Source of the DNA: Clostridia bacterium
GTDB taxonomy: Bacteria; Bacillota; Clostridia; Christensenellales; UBA1242
Length of the DNA: 64,000 nucleotides
Direction: 5' to 3'
NCBI GenBank assembly: GCA_900767835.1
Contig: CAAGAO010000029.1
Span: forward strand, 163 to 64,162
Shown: positions 18,483-26,156 of the stretch, in pieces
Layout of the letters: every line of letters begins with the position of its first letter
Numbering within the stretch: the stretch's first letter is position 1
Notes under the pieces: model-generated
Database searches by the model: none
The model's input: the letters and a program-made list of their open reading frames with translations, nothing else
Told to the model about the DNA's origin: nothing
Position numbers and translations under genes: made by a program

Positions 18483-18486
18483 AAAT

Positions 18487-18792
18487 TTACTCCTTGTTGT
18501 TCCTTATTTTCTCTATCCATTCCGGGGCGTTAATGATTGTTTCTTTAATATCTAATGGTATGTCTTCCACAACTTTTGCAGCCAAATCAAATAATTTATT
18601 TCGCTGTTCTTTATTTAATTTCAAACATTCTGCTATATCGTTAAGTCGTTTATAGTTTTGCGGTGGCTTTGTATTGCCTTGTTCAATATCCCACAAGTAA
18701 GGTTTAGAACAACCACAAAAATTAGCAAGTTGCTGCAAACTTACCTGACCTCTACATTTATTCAAATATTTACCAAAGTCGTTATTTTTCAT
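18487..18792 (-). CDS. XRE-family HTH transcriptional regulator (controller-like) heading the R-M operon
   Basis: HTH segment VSLQQLANFCGCSKPYLWDIEQG. GGAGA ribosome-binding site before the internal ATG (MKNNDFGKYL). The stop lies 4 nt before the hsdM start. Confidence 0.7.
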   Translation of the reverse strand: MKNNDFGKYLNKCRGQVSLQQLANFCGCSKPYLWDIEQGNTKPPQNYKRLNDIAECLKLNKEQRNKLFDLAAKVVEDIPLDIKETIINAPEWIEKIRNNKE

Positions 18793-18802
18793 TATTTTCT
18801 CC

Positions 18803-18828
18803 GTAAATACGTTAGTTAACATATTTAC
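18803..18828. promoter_or_regulatory. Inverted repeat GTAAATA-N12-TATTTAC (candidate operator / C-box)
   Basis: Sits immediately upstream of the ribosome-binding site of the HTH gene. The centre contains GTTAAC. Confidence 0.4.
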
Positions 18829-19159
18829 ATAATAACACATTTAAAACTTAAATACAAATGATTTTTATTAAATATAATATAAATCAACAATTTAAAAAAT
18901 CAAATCTTTACCATTTAATTAATATAGCAGCATCAAATTATTAAATTGCAAAATTAAAGATTGTTTACGAGAATAAAAGTCCACAAAGTTCTATGTTGTT
19001 TTAAAGCGTTTAGGAAGGAAAAGAGTGGCTGGAAATGTGTGTTTAATAGTACATAGGGTTTGGAAAATTGTGTACCTAAATAAAAAATACTAGCGAAAGT
19101 GCTAGTATTCATGGATGATTTTGGGGTGTGGGCACAAGTTTGGAGCAAAGGTTAATGTG

Positions 19160-19202
19160 TTGGTAGATGGGGGCATGGGTCCGATTCCCATCACCAGCTC
19201 CA
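19160..19202 (+). other. tRNA-Thr-like 3' half (att remnant) ending in CCA
   Basis: TTGGTA...ATGGG-TCCGATT-CCCAT-CACCAGC-TCCA. The acceptor strand CACCAGC is the exact complement of GCTGGTG, the 5' end of the tRNA at 5188. The T-stem covaries with the 5240 copy. Confidence 0.7.
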
Positions 19203-19206
19203 TTAT

Positions 19207-19256
19207 TAAAAATCCTTGAAACCTAAGTTATATGGGCACTTTCAAGGGTTTTTATT
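19207..19256. terminator. Bidirectional hairpin terminator
   Basis: AAAAATCCTTGAAA...TTTCAAGGGTTTTT. Closely related to the hairpin at 25930..25978. Confidence 0.6.
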
Positions 19257-19295
19257 TTACAATTTTTTAGATCACAACTCTCTTCAAAAAATACA

Positions 19296-19314
19296 TTAGG
19301 TACATTTAGGTACA
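19296..19314 (+). repeat. Two direct TTAGGTACA copies, 10-nt phase (an inverted copy lies at 19071..19079)
   Basis: CATTAGGTACATTTAGGTACAC abuts the RT stop codon. It occupies the same relative position as the TTGCTGTCAA repeats of module 1. Confidence 0.5.
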
Positions 19315-20865
19315 CGAAATCTCGTGTTGATCCATATAAAAGCTATCATAAAAATTTATATTGTTTTTTGCAAATATTTGATAAATTTTTGTTAGTTTTA
19401 TTTTATTTAATTTTATTTTCTTGTTTATTCTTAAATCTAATTTACTAATAGTATATATTAACAACCAATTTTTTGAAAGCATTGAAGAATCCTTAATCTT
19501 GTCAGATATTAAAGATAATTCTTTATCATATTTTTCTGCAACTTCTTTTAAATTAATAAAACCAGCATTTTTATAATTATTTTCTAAATAATCTAAACAC
19601 ATAATAATTGCTAAATCATTATCACTTTTTAATATGCTTTTAATATTTTCCTCAACAATAGTTACACCGGCTTTAAGGATTATATAAAGCAACCATAAAA
19701 CTTCATGGTCGTGATTTGCAGATAATTCTTTACCCAATATTTTATTCATTTGTTTATGAAATTTTTCTGGTTTTATATAAGGTAAATATAATTCAATCAC
19801 ATTCACCACATACGGAGACAATAAAGGAAACGTTATCATTGTATTTATTAGTAATCCGTAAATTTGTGGTAAATAACTGCCTGGCAAATTTTTACCATTT
19901 AATACCTTTAACAAATACTTCAACGCTCCAACATTCCCATCCGAAGCCAATGAATAAGCTTTTTGTAAAAGCATGTAAACATTTTCACCATCATCAGATA
20001 ACTGAAATAAGTCATCAAAGTTTTCAAGTACATCAAATGGGAATTTTGAAATTTGTATTTTTTCCTTATTTATTAATAAATTATATTCGCTTAATATTGC
20101 GGCTATCTTTGGTATAGCATTATTTGCATCTTCTTGTGTTGAAAAATAAAAGTTATAATCATCAACATATCTAACAAAATCATAATCTTTTTTTAAAATT
20201 TTGTCTAATTCACTTAAAACTATTTCTGAAGTAACTTTTGAAGTAAACGGACCTGTTAATATTCCATTAGTTTGTCTTACATTCATATTTGAATTTAACG
20301 TATCAATTTTATCTCCAATATTATATTCTTCAGACTTCATACTTTTATTGTTGTACATATTTTTTGCATATTCTTTTCCAACACAAGCCCATGCTATAGA
20401 ATGAGTATAGATGCTATTAAAGCAATTTGCGATATCTATTTTTAATTTATATTTATAGCCTACAAAGCGTGCATTACGCGAATAAATAGATTGTCTATAG
20501 TTAGATGGATAATCAAAAGTTTTTATATGTGTTATTCTAGACTCACTACACTTAGAATTACATATGGATAATATAAAATCATAATTCATCCCCAAGTAAT
20601 CAGCCAACTCTAAGAATGAAATAATATTAGGGATATATATTTGCCTTCTTAATAAACCTTCTTTACTCATCGAAATTGACAAAGGACAGGTTCCTTTAGG
20701 GGAAGCGTCTATTAATTGCTTTAATTCGTATTTAATACAATCCCATTTTTCACCTAGGCTATTTGTATTAAAACATTTAGGGAAATGCTCACAAAAATAG
20801 CCATTGTTTGTTAAAATGGCTTCAACAAAATTATTTTGAGTTAACTTTCGAAGCGTGCTTTTCAT
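19306..20865 (-). CDS. Reverse transcriptase, Abi/UG (defence-associated, DRT-like) type with helical-repeat C-terminal domain
   Basis: 519 aa. RT motifs KIDIANCFNSIYTHSI, GILTGPFTS, RYVDDYNFYF (YxDD) and LLINKEKI. The C-terminal ~230 aa is alpha-helical and repeat-like. No group II intron maturase/En domain and no retron-like flank. Confidence 0.8.
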   Translation of the reverse strand: MKSTLRKLTQNNFVEAILTNNGYFCEHFPKCFNTNSLGEKWDCIKYELKQLIDASPKGTCPLSISMSKEGLLRRQIYIPNIISFLELADYLGMNYDFILSICNSKCSESRITHIKTFDYPSNYRQSIYSRNARFVGYKYKLKIDIANCFNSIYTHSIAWACVGKEYAKNMYNNKSMKSEEYNIGDKIDTLNSNMNVRQTNGILTGPFTSKVTSEIVLSELDKILKKDYDFVRYVDDYNFYFSTQEDANNAIPKIAAILSEYNLLINKEKIQISKFPFDVLENFDDLFQLSDDGENVYMLLQKAYSLASDGNVGALKYLLKVLNGKNLPGSYLPQIYGLLINTMITFPLLSPYVVNVIELYLPYIKPEKFHKQMNKILGKELSANHDHEVLWLLYIILKAGVTIVEENIKSILKSDNDLAIIMCLDYLENNYKNAGFINLKEVAEKYDKELSLISDKIKDSSMLSKNWLLIYTISKLDLRINKKIKLNKIKLTKIYQIFAKNNINFYDSFYMDQHEISCT

Positions 20866-20881
20866 ACTATACCTTTGATAT

Positions 20882-20909
20882 ATTATAGCATATTTTGTAA
20901 AATTTTCAA
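20882..20909 (-). promoter_or_regulatory. Sigma-70-type promoter of the RT gene
   Basis: On the minus strand: TTGAAA, 16-nt spacer, TGC-TATAAT (extended -10). It lies about 17 nt upstream of the RT start codon. Confidence 0.6.
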
Positions 20910-20918
20910 TACATTGCT

Positions 20919-21690
20919 TTACATTTCCATATCACTTTCTCGTCTGCGTTTACGTTCTTTGCGTTCTTCGAGAAGCTTTGTGAGAATTTCATCAAACTCG
21001 TCATCATCCATATCTGCAACAAACTCATTTTTGCGTTGTTCAAGAATTTCCTCTCGCTTTTTATCGTTTAAAAGCATTTGGCCTTCTTTAACTCTTTCGT
21101 TAAACTTGTCAGTTGTCTGGCGGATATATTCGCTATCAACAGAATTATAGACCGTGATTGTTGTTTTAACATCACGGTGGCCTAAAAGTTGTTGAATAAC
21201 CTTTGGGTTCTCATTCATTTCAAAAAGCATATTTGAGAATGTATGGCGAAGCCCGTGGAAGTGAATATTACATTTGGTTAATTGATGTCGGTCTTTTCCA
21301 GCCATCAAAATGTTTTCTACAGCCATAATATGTTCTAACACTTCCATCATCATTAGAGAAAATATAGGCCGTATTTGCCGTCAAATCGGCAGTAACTCTT
21401 GGATTGGATTTCTGTATTTCCTTTTGCTTTTCTCACCATTCTTTAAGCGTTTCAATAATTATATCAGCAATAGGAATTTCTCTCACACTACATGCCGTTT
21501 TTGTGTCTCCAACAACTGTTAAACGACTTGTTACATTGCCTTCATTATCAAACTTTGGTATTGTTGTTATTGCTCGTTCTACTTTTAATGTTTTAGTTTC
21601 AAAATTTACATTTTACCATTTCAGTGCAAGCGTTTCACCAATACGAAGCCCACCAAACATTAAACAAACACAAAAAAGATATCATTCCTA
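20919..21690 (-). pseudogene. Tyrosine integrase pseudogene (paralogue of int 5495..6862)
   Basis: The C-terminal 144 aa is intact and nearly identical in the block HFHGLRHTFSNMLFEMNENPKVIQQLLGHRDVKTTITVYNSV. Upstream there is one frameshift after ...RTYYG and two in-frame stops (KW*, EW*). Homology ends at about 21690, so about 215 N-terminal codons are missing. Confidence 0.8.
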
Positions 21691-21868
21691 ATGGTAAAGA
21701 CCCAAAATTATCAACTAACGAAGATTTTGACCATGGTCTGGCAATTTCATACAAAACAACAACTATCAATAATAAAATAATACTCGAATAAATAGAATAC
21801 ACTATAAAAATATTAAAATATGCGAAAATAATATTAACTGTAAGCAATAAACACCATATCAATAACAT
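21635..21868 (-). CDS. Small membrane protein (2 TM)
   Basis: 77 aa and very hydrophobic. Its 3' end reads into the integrase remnant. Lies 13 nt downstream of the preceding small TM gene. Confidence 0.45.
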   Translation of the reverse strand: MLLIWCLLLTVNIIFAYFNIFIVYSIYSSIILLLIVVVLYEIARPWSKSSLVDNFGSLPLGMISFLCLFNVWWASYW

Positions 21869-21881
21869 TAAAAATAAAATT

Positions 21882-22082
21882 TTATATTTTTTCGTATTTT
21901 TTGCTTTTAACTTTTATAAAACCTTCAAAAACAATCCAGAAAATATTAACAATAGCAAAAATTAAATGTAATATTGATATCTCATCAAAAAAAGAATAAA
22001 CAAAAGTAGTTACCCCAAGAATACAAACTATTAAAGATATTATAATATTTAATTTGCTTCCTTTCACTTTCTTTCTCCTCAA
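21882..22082 (-). CDS. Small membrane protein (2 TM)
   Basis: 66 aa. Basic N-terminus MRRKKVKGSK followed by two hydrophobic helices. Lies 4 nt downstream of the 22087 gene. Confidence 0.5.
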   Translation of the reverse strand: MRRKKVKGSKLNIIISLIVCILGVTTFVYSFFDEISILHLIFAIVNIFWIVFEGFIKVKSKKYEKI

Positions 22083-22086
22083 AAAA

Positions 22087-23076
22087 TTATAATACTACTT
22101 CAACTTCTTGTGATTTATTGTTAGGTAAATATGAACCTATGTCTGCTTGATTATCTGCAAGCGCTTTATATACACCCATTAATTCTTTAATTTGGGGTTC
22201 TTGTCCTTGCATTGCTTTTGTTTGAATATTATTCAAAACTTTTGCTATTTCATCATTAGTTAAACCTTTTTTTACTAATCTATTTACATAGTCAGAAATA
22301 TCTTGATTCTTTTCATAATTTTGAAGATTGATTATTTGAGCTGTATCCCTTGCTTCATATTTCATCTTAGGAATTTCTATTTTTATACCACCTTGTTGTC
22401 TACCATTCTTTAAATCTTCATCTTCTTGTGTGATTTGCAAATCACTATTGCAATTTAGAAATGAATTTATTTGTTCCAAAGATTTTATAACCAATGTTGG
22501 TATTTTGGCAACATTCTGCTCACCATAATACATCTTGCTTCTATTTGTGGGATCATAAATGTAACCAACATTATTTTCTTTATCTTGAATAACAATAAAC
22601 GCATGATTCTCTCGATTAGTTCCATTTGTAGCATCAGCCAAAACCATCTTACAATCATATCCCAAAATCTGCAAAAAATTATTTGCCATCGCAGACTTTT
22701 GAATACATTGTCCACCTCTGTTTTTATAGTCCTTAATAGAATGAATGTTATTCCTTAATTTTTGTTGTTCTTCTGTAACTGCTTTAACCTCATCCATCCC
22801 ACCAACAAAATAATTATCTAATGTTTGTTGAATTAAAGAAATGTCTTTAGAAATATTTTTATCTTCATTTCCTTTTATTTTAATAAAATCAAAATATACA
22901 TCTTGATCATCCATTTTGAAACCAACCGTGTGGTCTGAGTATGGTTTTAATTCTGTTTGATCACCAATGAATCCTTTACATATCAACATGGGCTTAATAG
23001 CTTTTTTCCTATCATTTTCAATTACTGCATTAATGCTATTCCCTTTTAACTTTTTATATCGTTCAAAATAATCCAT
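22087..23076 (-). CDS. Transglutaminase-like (papain-fold) Cys-His-Asp domain protein
   Basis: Candidate triad residues in the order and spacing typical of transglutaminase-core proteins: GGQC(IQKSAMANNFLQILG), ENHAFIV and YIYDPTN. GAGGG ribosome-binding site before the internal ATG (MDYFERY). Confidence 0.55.
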   Translation of the reverse strand: MDYFERYKKLKGNSINAVIENDRKKAIKPMLICKGFIGDQTELKPYSDHTVGFKMDDQDVYFDFIKIKGNEDKNISKDISLIQQTLDNYFVGGMDEVKAVTEEQQKLRNNIHSIKDYKNRGGQCIQKSAMANNFLQILGYDCKMVLADATNGTNRENHAFIVIQDKENNVGYIYDPTNRSKMYYGEQNVAKIPTLVIKSLEQINSFLNCNSDLQITQEDEDLKNGRQQGGIKIEIPKMKYEARDTAQIINLQNYEKNQDISDYVNRLVKKGLTNDEIAKVLNNIQTKAMQGQEPQIKELMGVYKALADNQADIGSYLPNNKSQEVEVVL

Positions 23077-23413
23077 ATACAACCCTCTATTATAATTATA
23101 ACAAGCAAATAAAAAAATGTATACTCTTTGATTACAGTTTGTATACATTTCTTATTGAAAAAAATTCAAATTTTACTTTTTCGGTCGCAGAAGTTAGTTT
23201 GGTTATTAGTCAAGGCTCGGCAAAAATTCAAGACAGGAGTTTACTAATACGTAAATGACTGGTTTGAATTTTTAGACAGAAACGCAGTCTAATGGCGAAA
23301 TTCACCCCGCGAAATTGTCTATCTACATTCAACACAACACCTATCGCACTTTAAAATATGCTCAAAAGCAAAACAAACCAATAATTTATATCTAACAAAA
23401 AAGAAGACTTTAA

Positions 23414-24361
23414 TCAGTCTTCTTTTTTTGTCGTTTTATCAGTTATATCTTGTATGATTTTATTCATTTCTGGTTCACATTTTTCTAAAATTATAGTTTT
23501 CATTTCTTCTTGATCTTGTTTTGATAAATTTTCAAATTTAGAGTCTGATGCACATATTTCATCAATTGAATCCTTAACTTTATCTTCAACTATTCCAATA
23601 AGAATTTCATCCTTATATCGTTTATCATTTACTAAATCTTGTTTTTGAATAAACAGCTTTGTTATTGTTGGTGTTAAAATATCTATAACTAAAATAATCA
23701 TAGAATTTAGCAAAAGTTGCAAATTATAATAAAGTAATGTTTGCGTTGCTATGTCAATTTTTTTATTTATCAAAACATTTGTCGTAACATACGATATGAA
23801 CAACAAACTTACTCCAAATGGGATTATATCCCAAAAATAATTTTTGGCAGCGATATTTTTTTCATAATCATCTAAAATTTTTGATATTCTTTCATCCAAA
23901 CCGAAAAGTTTAGTCTTCGTTTTATTTTTGCTTACTTCTTTTTCTATAATAACGCACCACGTAACAACTAACGCAGTTAAAATTGCAAATAATGCAAATT
24001 CTATATTCAAAAGATTCCTTGCCTCTTCAATATTGATTTCAATGCTAGGTTTTACAGAAATAAGCAAATTTATTACTATAATGTAAAGAATATAATATTT
24101 AACAAAATTTGGAACTTTAAAAATTACATTTTTTTCTTTAACTTTTTTTGTGTAATGAAAAATTGATATTATTATCGTTGAAATAAGAGTAAAAGACAAT
24201 GTAATAATCGCTGCGACATTAATATTAATGACTTTTAAATTTATTAAAGCATTTGCGGATAAAAATATAATGATAAAACTCGCAATAAAAACAAAAACGA
24301 CATAAAGAATTGCTTTTAATATATGTTTAAAAATTGTTTTACATTTTTGGCTTTTCCCCAT
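23414..24361 (-). CDS. Multi-pass membrane protein (about 6 TM) with acidic C-terminal tail
   Basis: 315 aa, 14 nt downstream of the Fic gene. The terminator hairpin AAGAAGACT..AGTCTTCTT overlaps its stop codon. Confidence 0.6.
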   Translation of the reverse strand: MGKSQKCKTIFKHILKAILYVVFVFIASFIIIFLSANALINLKVININVAAIITLSFTLISTIIISIFHYTKKVKEKNVIFKVPNFVKYYILYIIVINLLISVKPSIEINIEEARNLLNIEFALFAILTALVVTWCVIIEKEVSKNKTKTKLFGLDERISKILDDYEKNIAAKNYFWDIIPFGVSLLFISYVTTNVLINKKIDIATQTLLYYNLQLLLNSMIILVIDILTPTITKLFIQKQDLVNDKRYKDEILIGIVEDKVKDSIDEICASDSKFENLSKQDQEEMKTIILEKCEPEMNKIIQDITDKTTKKED

Positions 24362-24375
24362 TATTTTCTCCTTTG

Positions 24376-25365
24376 TTAAATCTTAAAATACCTTTGGTTT
24401 TTGCTTGTTGGTTTGTCTGGTTCAGTCATTCCAATTAACCCTGCGTCTAGGGCTGGTTGTAAATAATTTTTCCTAAATCCTAGACGAGATTTTAGATTAA
24501 GTTTTTCCATAAGTTCGGTTGCTGACTGTGGATAACTTTCAATCACTTTCATAAGTTCTGTAATTTGATTGTTGATATGGTTATAGTGATTTCCAGTGTC
24601 GGTTATTATATCTTTAATTGCTTTGTTAATTACATCTAGCATAAACTCAATGAAAATATTAGATTTGCCCTGACTAGTAGATAAAGTGATTGCATTGTAA
24701 TAATCTTCTTGGTTATCTTTAATAATGCTTTCGATAGGTATCCAAGCAAATATTGGTTTCCAACTAGCAAGCAATGCTGTCTGCCAAAGTCTTCCAGTTC
24801 TTCCGTTACCATCATTAAATGGGTGGATAAATTCAAACTCATAATGGAAGACACTCGATTTAATTAACATATTTGCGTTGCTGTTTTTCACCCAATCAAA
24901 AAGTTGTCCTAACTGTTGTGAAACAAAATCTGCTGGCGGAGCAAGATGAACAACTTTGCCATCTTGATTATAAACTCCAACTTGTCCCGAGCGGAGCCTT
25001 CCTGCTTCCTTTACAAGACCATTCATCATAATGCCGTGAATTTTCAACAAATCATCAATGCTATATGGATTTATTTCACTTAATTTTTCGTAAGCATTAA
25101 AAGCATTGTGGACTTCTTCAATATCTTTTTGTGGAGCAAGAACCCTTTTCCCATTGATAACATCTGTTACTTGTTCAATAGAGAGTGTGTTGTTTTCAAT
25201 TGCTAATGAAGAGTGAATAGACTTTATTCTACTCACTCTGCGAAGCCTTGGTAATTTTCCCAATTCATTAACACCCGAAAGTTTGCCTAAATTTTCCATT
25301 ATTTCGGAAACAAGTTCCAACATTTCATCAGTTATATCGTATGGTGGAATATATCTATCTTCCAT
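24376..25365 (-). CDS. Fic/DOC family protein (AMPylase-type)
   Basis: Canonical Fic motif HPFNDGNGRTGR. Fic_N-like N-terminus and a winged-helix-like C-terminus. Confidence 0.9.
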   Translation of the reverse strand: MEDRYIPPYDITDEMLELVSEIMENLGKLSGVNELGKLPRLRRVSRIKSIHSSLAIENNTLSIEQVTDVINGKRVLAPQKDIEEVHNAFNAYEKLSEINPYSIDDLLKIHGIMMNGLVKEAGRLRSGQVGVYNQDGKVVHLAPPADFVSQQLGQLFDWVKNSNANMLIKSSVFHYEFEFIHPFNDGNGRTGRLWQTALLASWKPIFAWIPIESIIKDNQEDYYNAITLSTSQGKSNIFIEFMLDVINKAIKDIITDTGNHYNHINNQITELMKVIESYPQSATELMEKLNLKSRLGFRKNYLQPALDAGLIGMTEPDKPTSKNQRYFKI

Positions 25366-25878
25366 TTAAAAACCTCACTTATTTTTGTACAAATAGATTA
25401 TATTATTGGAAGTTGTCGGCAAGCAGCCCAAAGGGATATTTGCCAGCAACTGATGTTTATTCAATCTATGTGACCACGATTTTATCGTGGAATTTGTGAT
25501 AGCAAATAAAATTTTAACTTTTTTAAAATTTTATATCACATAGATTATAACCAATTAAAAATAAAAAGTCAACATCTTGTATACTATCTTGTATATTATG
25601 TTGTATTCTAATTTTAATAAGAAAAAATGTAAGTTATTTATTTCACTCACAAAATTTTTGCGTAAATATGTACTTCAAATACGAAAAGTTCACAAAAGTT
25701 TTAGGCAGTTTTATATAGTTTTAGAACACTTAAATTTACTAAATTTGTTAATTTAAGTGTAAAAAAGTGTAGTAAACTAAAATCTTACAACACTAATTGA
25801 TTTTTTATATCTCAAATTCGCTTATTTTATGGGCGATTTAGGGGATAGAGCGAAACTCTTGAATTTCAGAACAAAGTT

Positions 25879-25924
25879 TTGGTAAGCAAGAGGTTCGGAG
25901 GTTCGAGCCCGCTCGTTAGCTCCA
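25879..25924 (+). other. tRNA-like 3' half (att remnant) ending in CCA
   Basis: TTGGTAA-GCAAG...GGAGG-TTCGAGC-CCGCT-CGTTAGC-TCCA, with one A.G mismatch in the T-stem. No matching 5' half lies upstream. Confidence 0.55.
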
Positions 25925-25929
25925 GATAC

Positions 25930-25978
25930 AAAAACCCTTGAAACCCTAGGGAAATAGGCACTTTCAAGGGTTTTTGTT
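25930..25978. terminator. Hairpin homologous to the one at 19207..19256
   Basis: AAAAACCCTTGAAA...CTTTCAAGGGTTTTT. Confidence 0.55.
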
Positions 25979-26126
25979 TTGCAAAAAAATTTGTTTAATT
26001 TTAGACTAAAAATACAAAACGCGAGCGTAAACTGCTCCAAAAAGTGTAGTAAAATTGCATAAAAAAAGACCGAGAGTTCAATTTTTAAACTCTTGGTCTA
26101 ATTCTTTCTAAATCTCCCTAAAACTA

Positions 26127-26154
26127 GTGTAATATGGTGTAAATTGGTGTAATA
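26127..26154 (+). repeat. Three direct GTGTAA(T/A) copies in 10-nt phase
   Basis: AGTGTAATATGGTGTAAATTGGTGTAATA. In addition, AGTGTAGTAAA occurs at 25766 and 26043, on both sides of the tRNA fragment. Confidence 0.5.
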
Positions 26155-26156
26155 AA

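Larger units (their letters stand above)
5225..19202. mobile_element. Integrative element module 1 (int, xis, Type I R-M + orphan TM + PLD-helicase cargo)
   Basis: Bounded by homologous tRNA 3' halves in direct orientation (5225..5262 and 19160..19202, shared core GGGTCCGATTCCC). Intact tyrosine integrase and excisionase sit next to the tRNA. Confidence 0.6.
19203..25924. mobile_element. Integrative element module 2 (decayed: RT, dead integrase, TM/transglutaminase-like trio, Fic + TM)
   Basis: Flanked by tRNA 3' halves at 19160..19202 and 25879..25924. Contains an integrase pseudogene closely related to int of module 1. Confidence 0.55.

Noticed and set aside
20866-21690. Retron-type msr/msd or DRT ncRNA upstream of the RT
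   Set aside because: The promoter lies about 17 nt from the start codon, leaving no room for a leader RNA. The upstream sequence is recognisably an integrase pseudogene. No flanking a1/a2 inverted repeats were seen.
25831-25878. A complete tRNA (GGGCGAT...AGAGCG...CTTGAAT) joined to the 25879-25924 3' half
   Set aside because: I could not build a D-arm or an anticodon stem, and the 5' end does not pair with CGTTAGC. I therefore treated only the 3' half as tRNA-derived.
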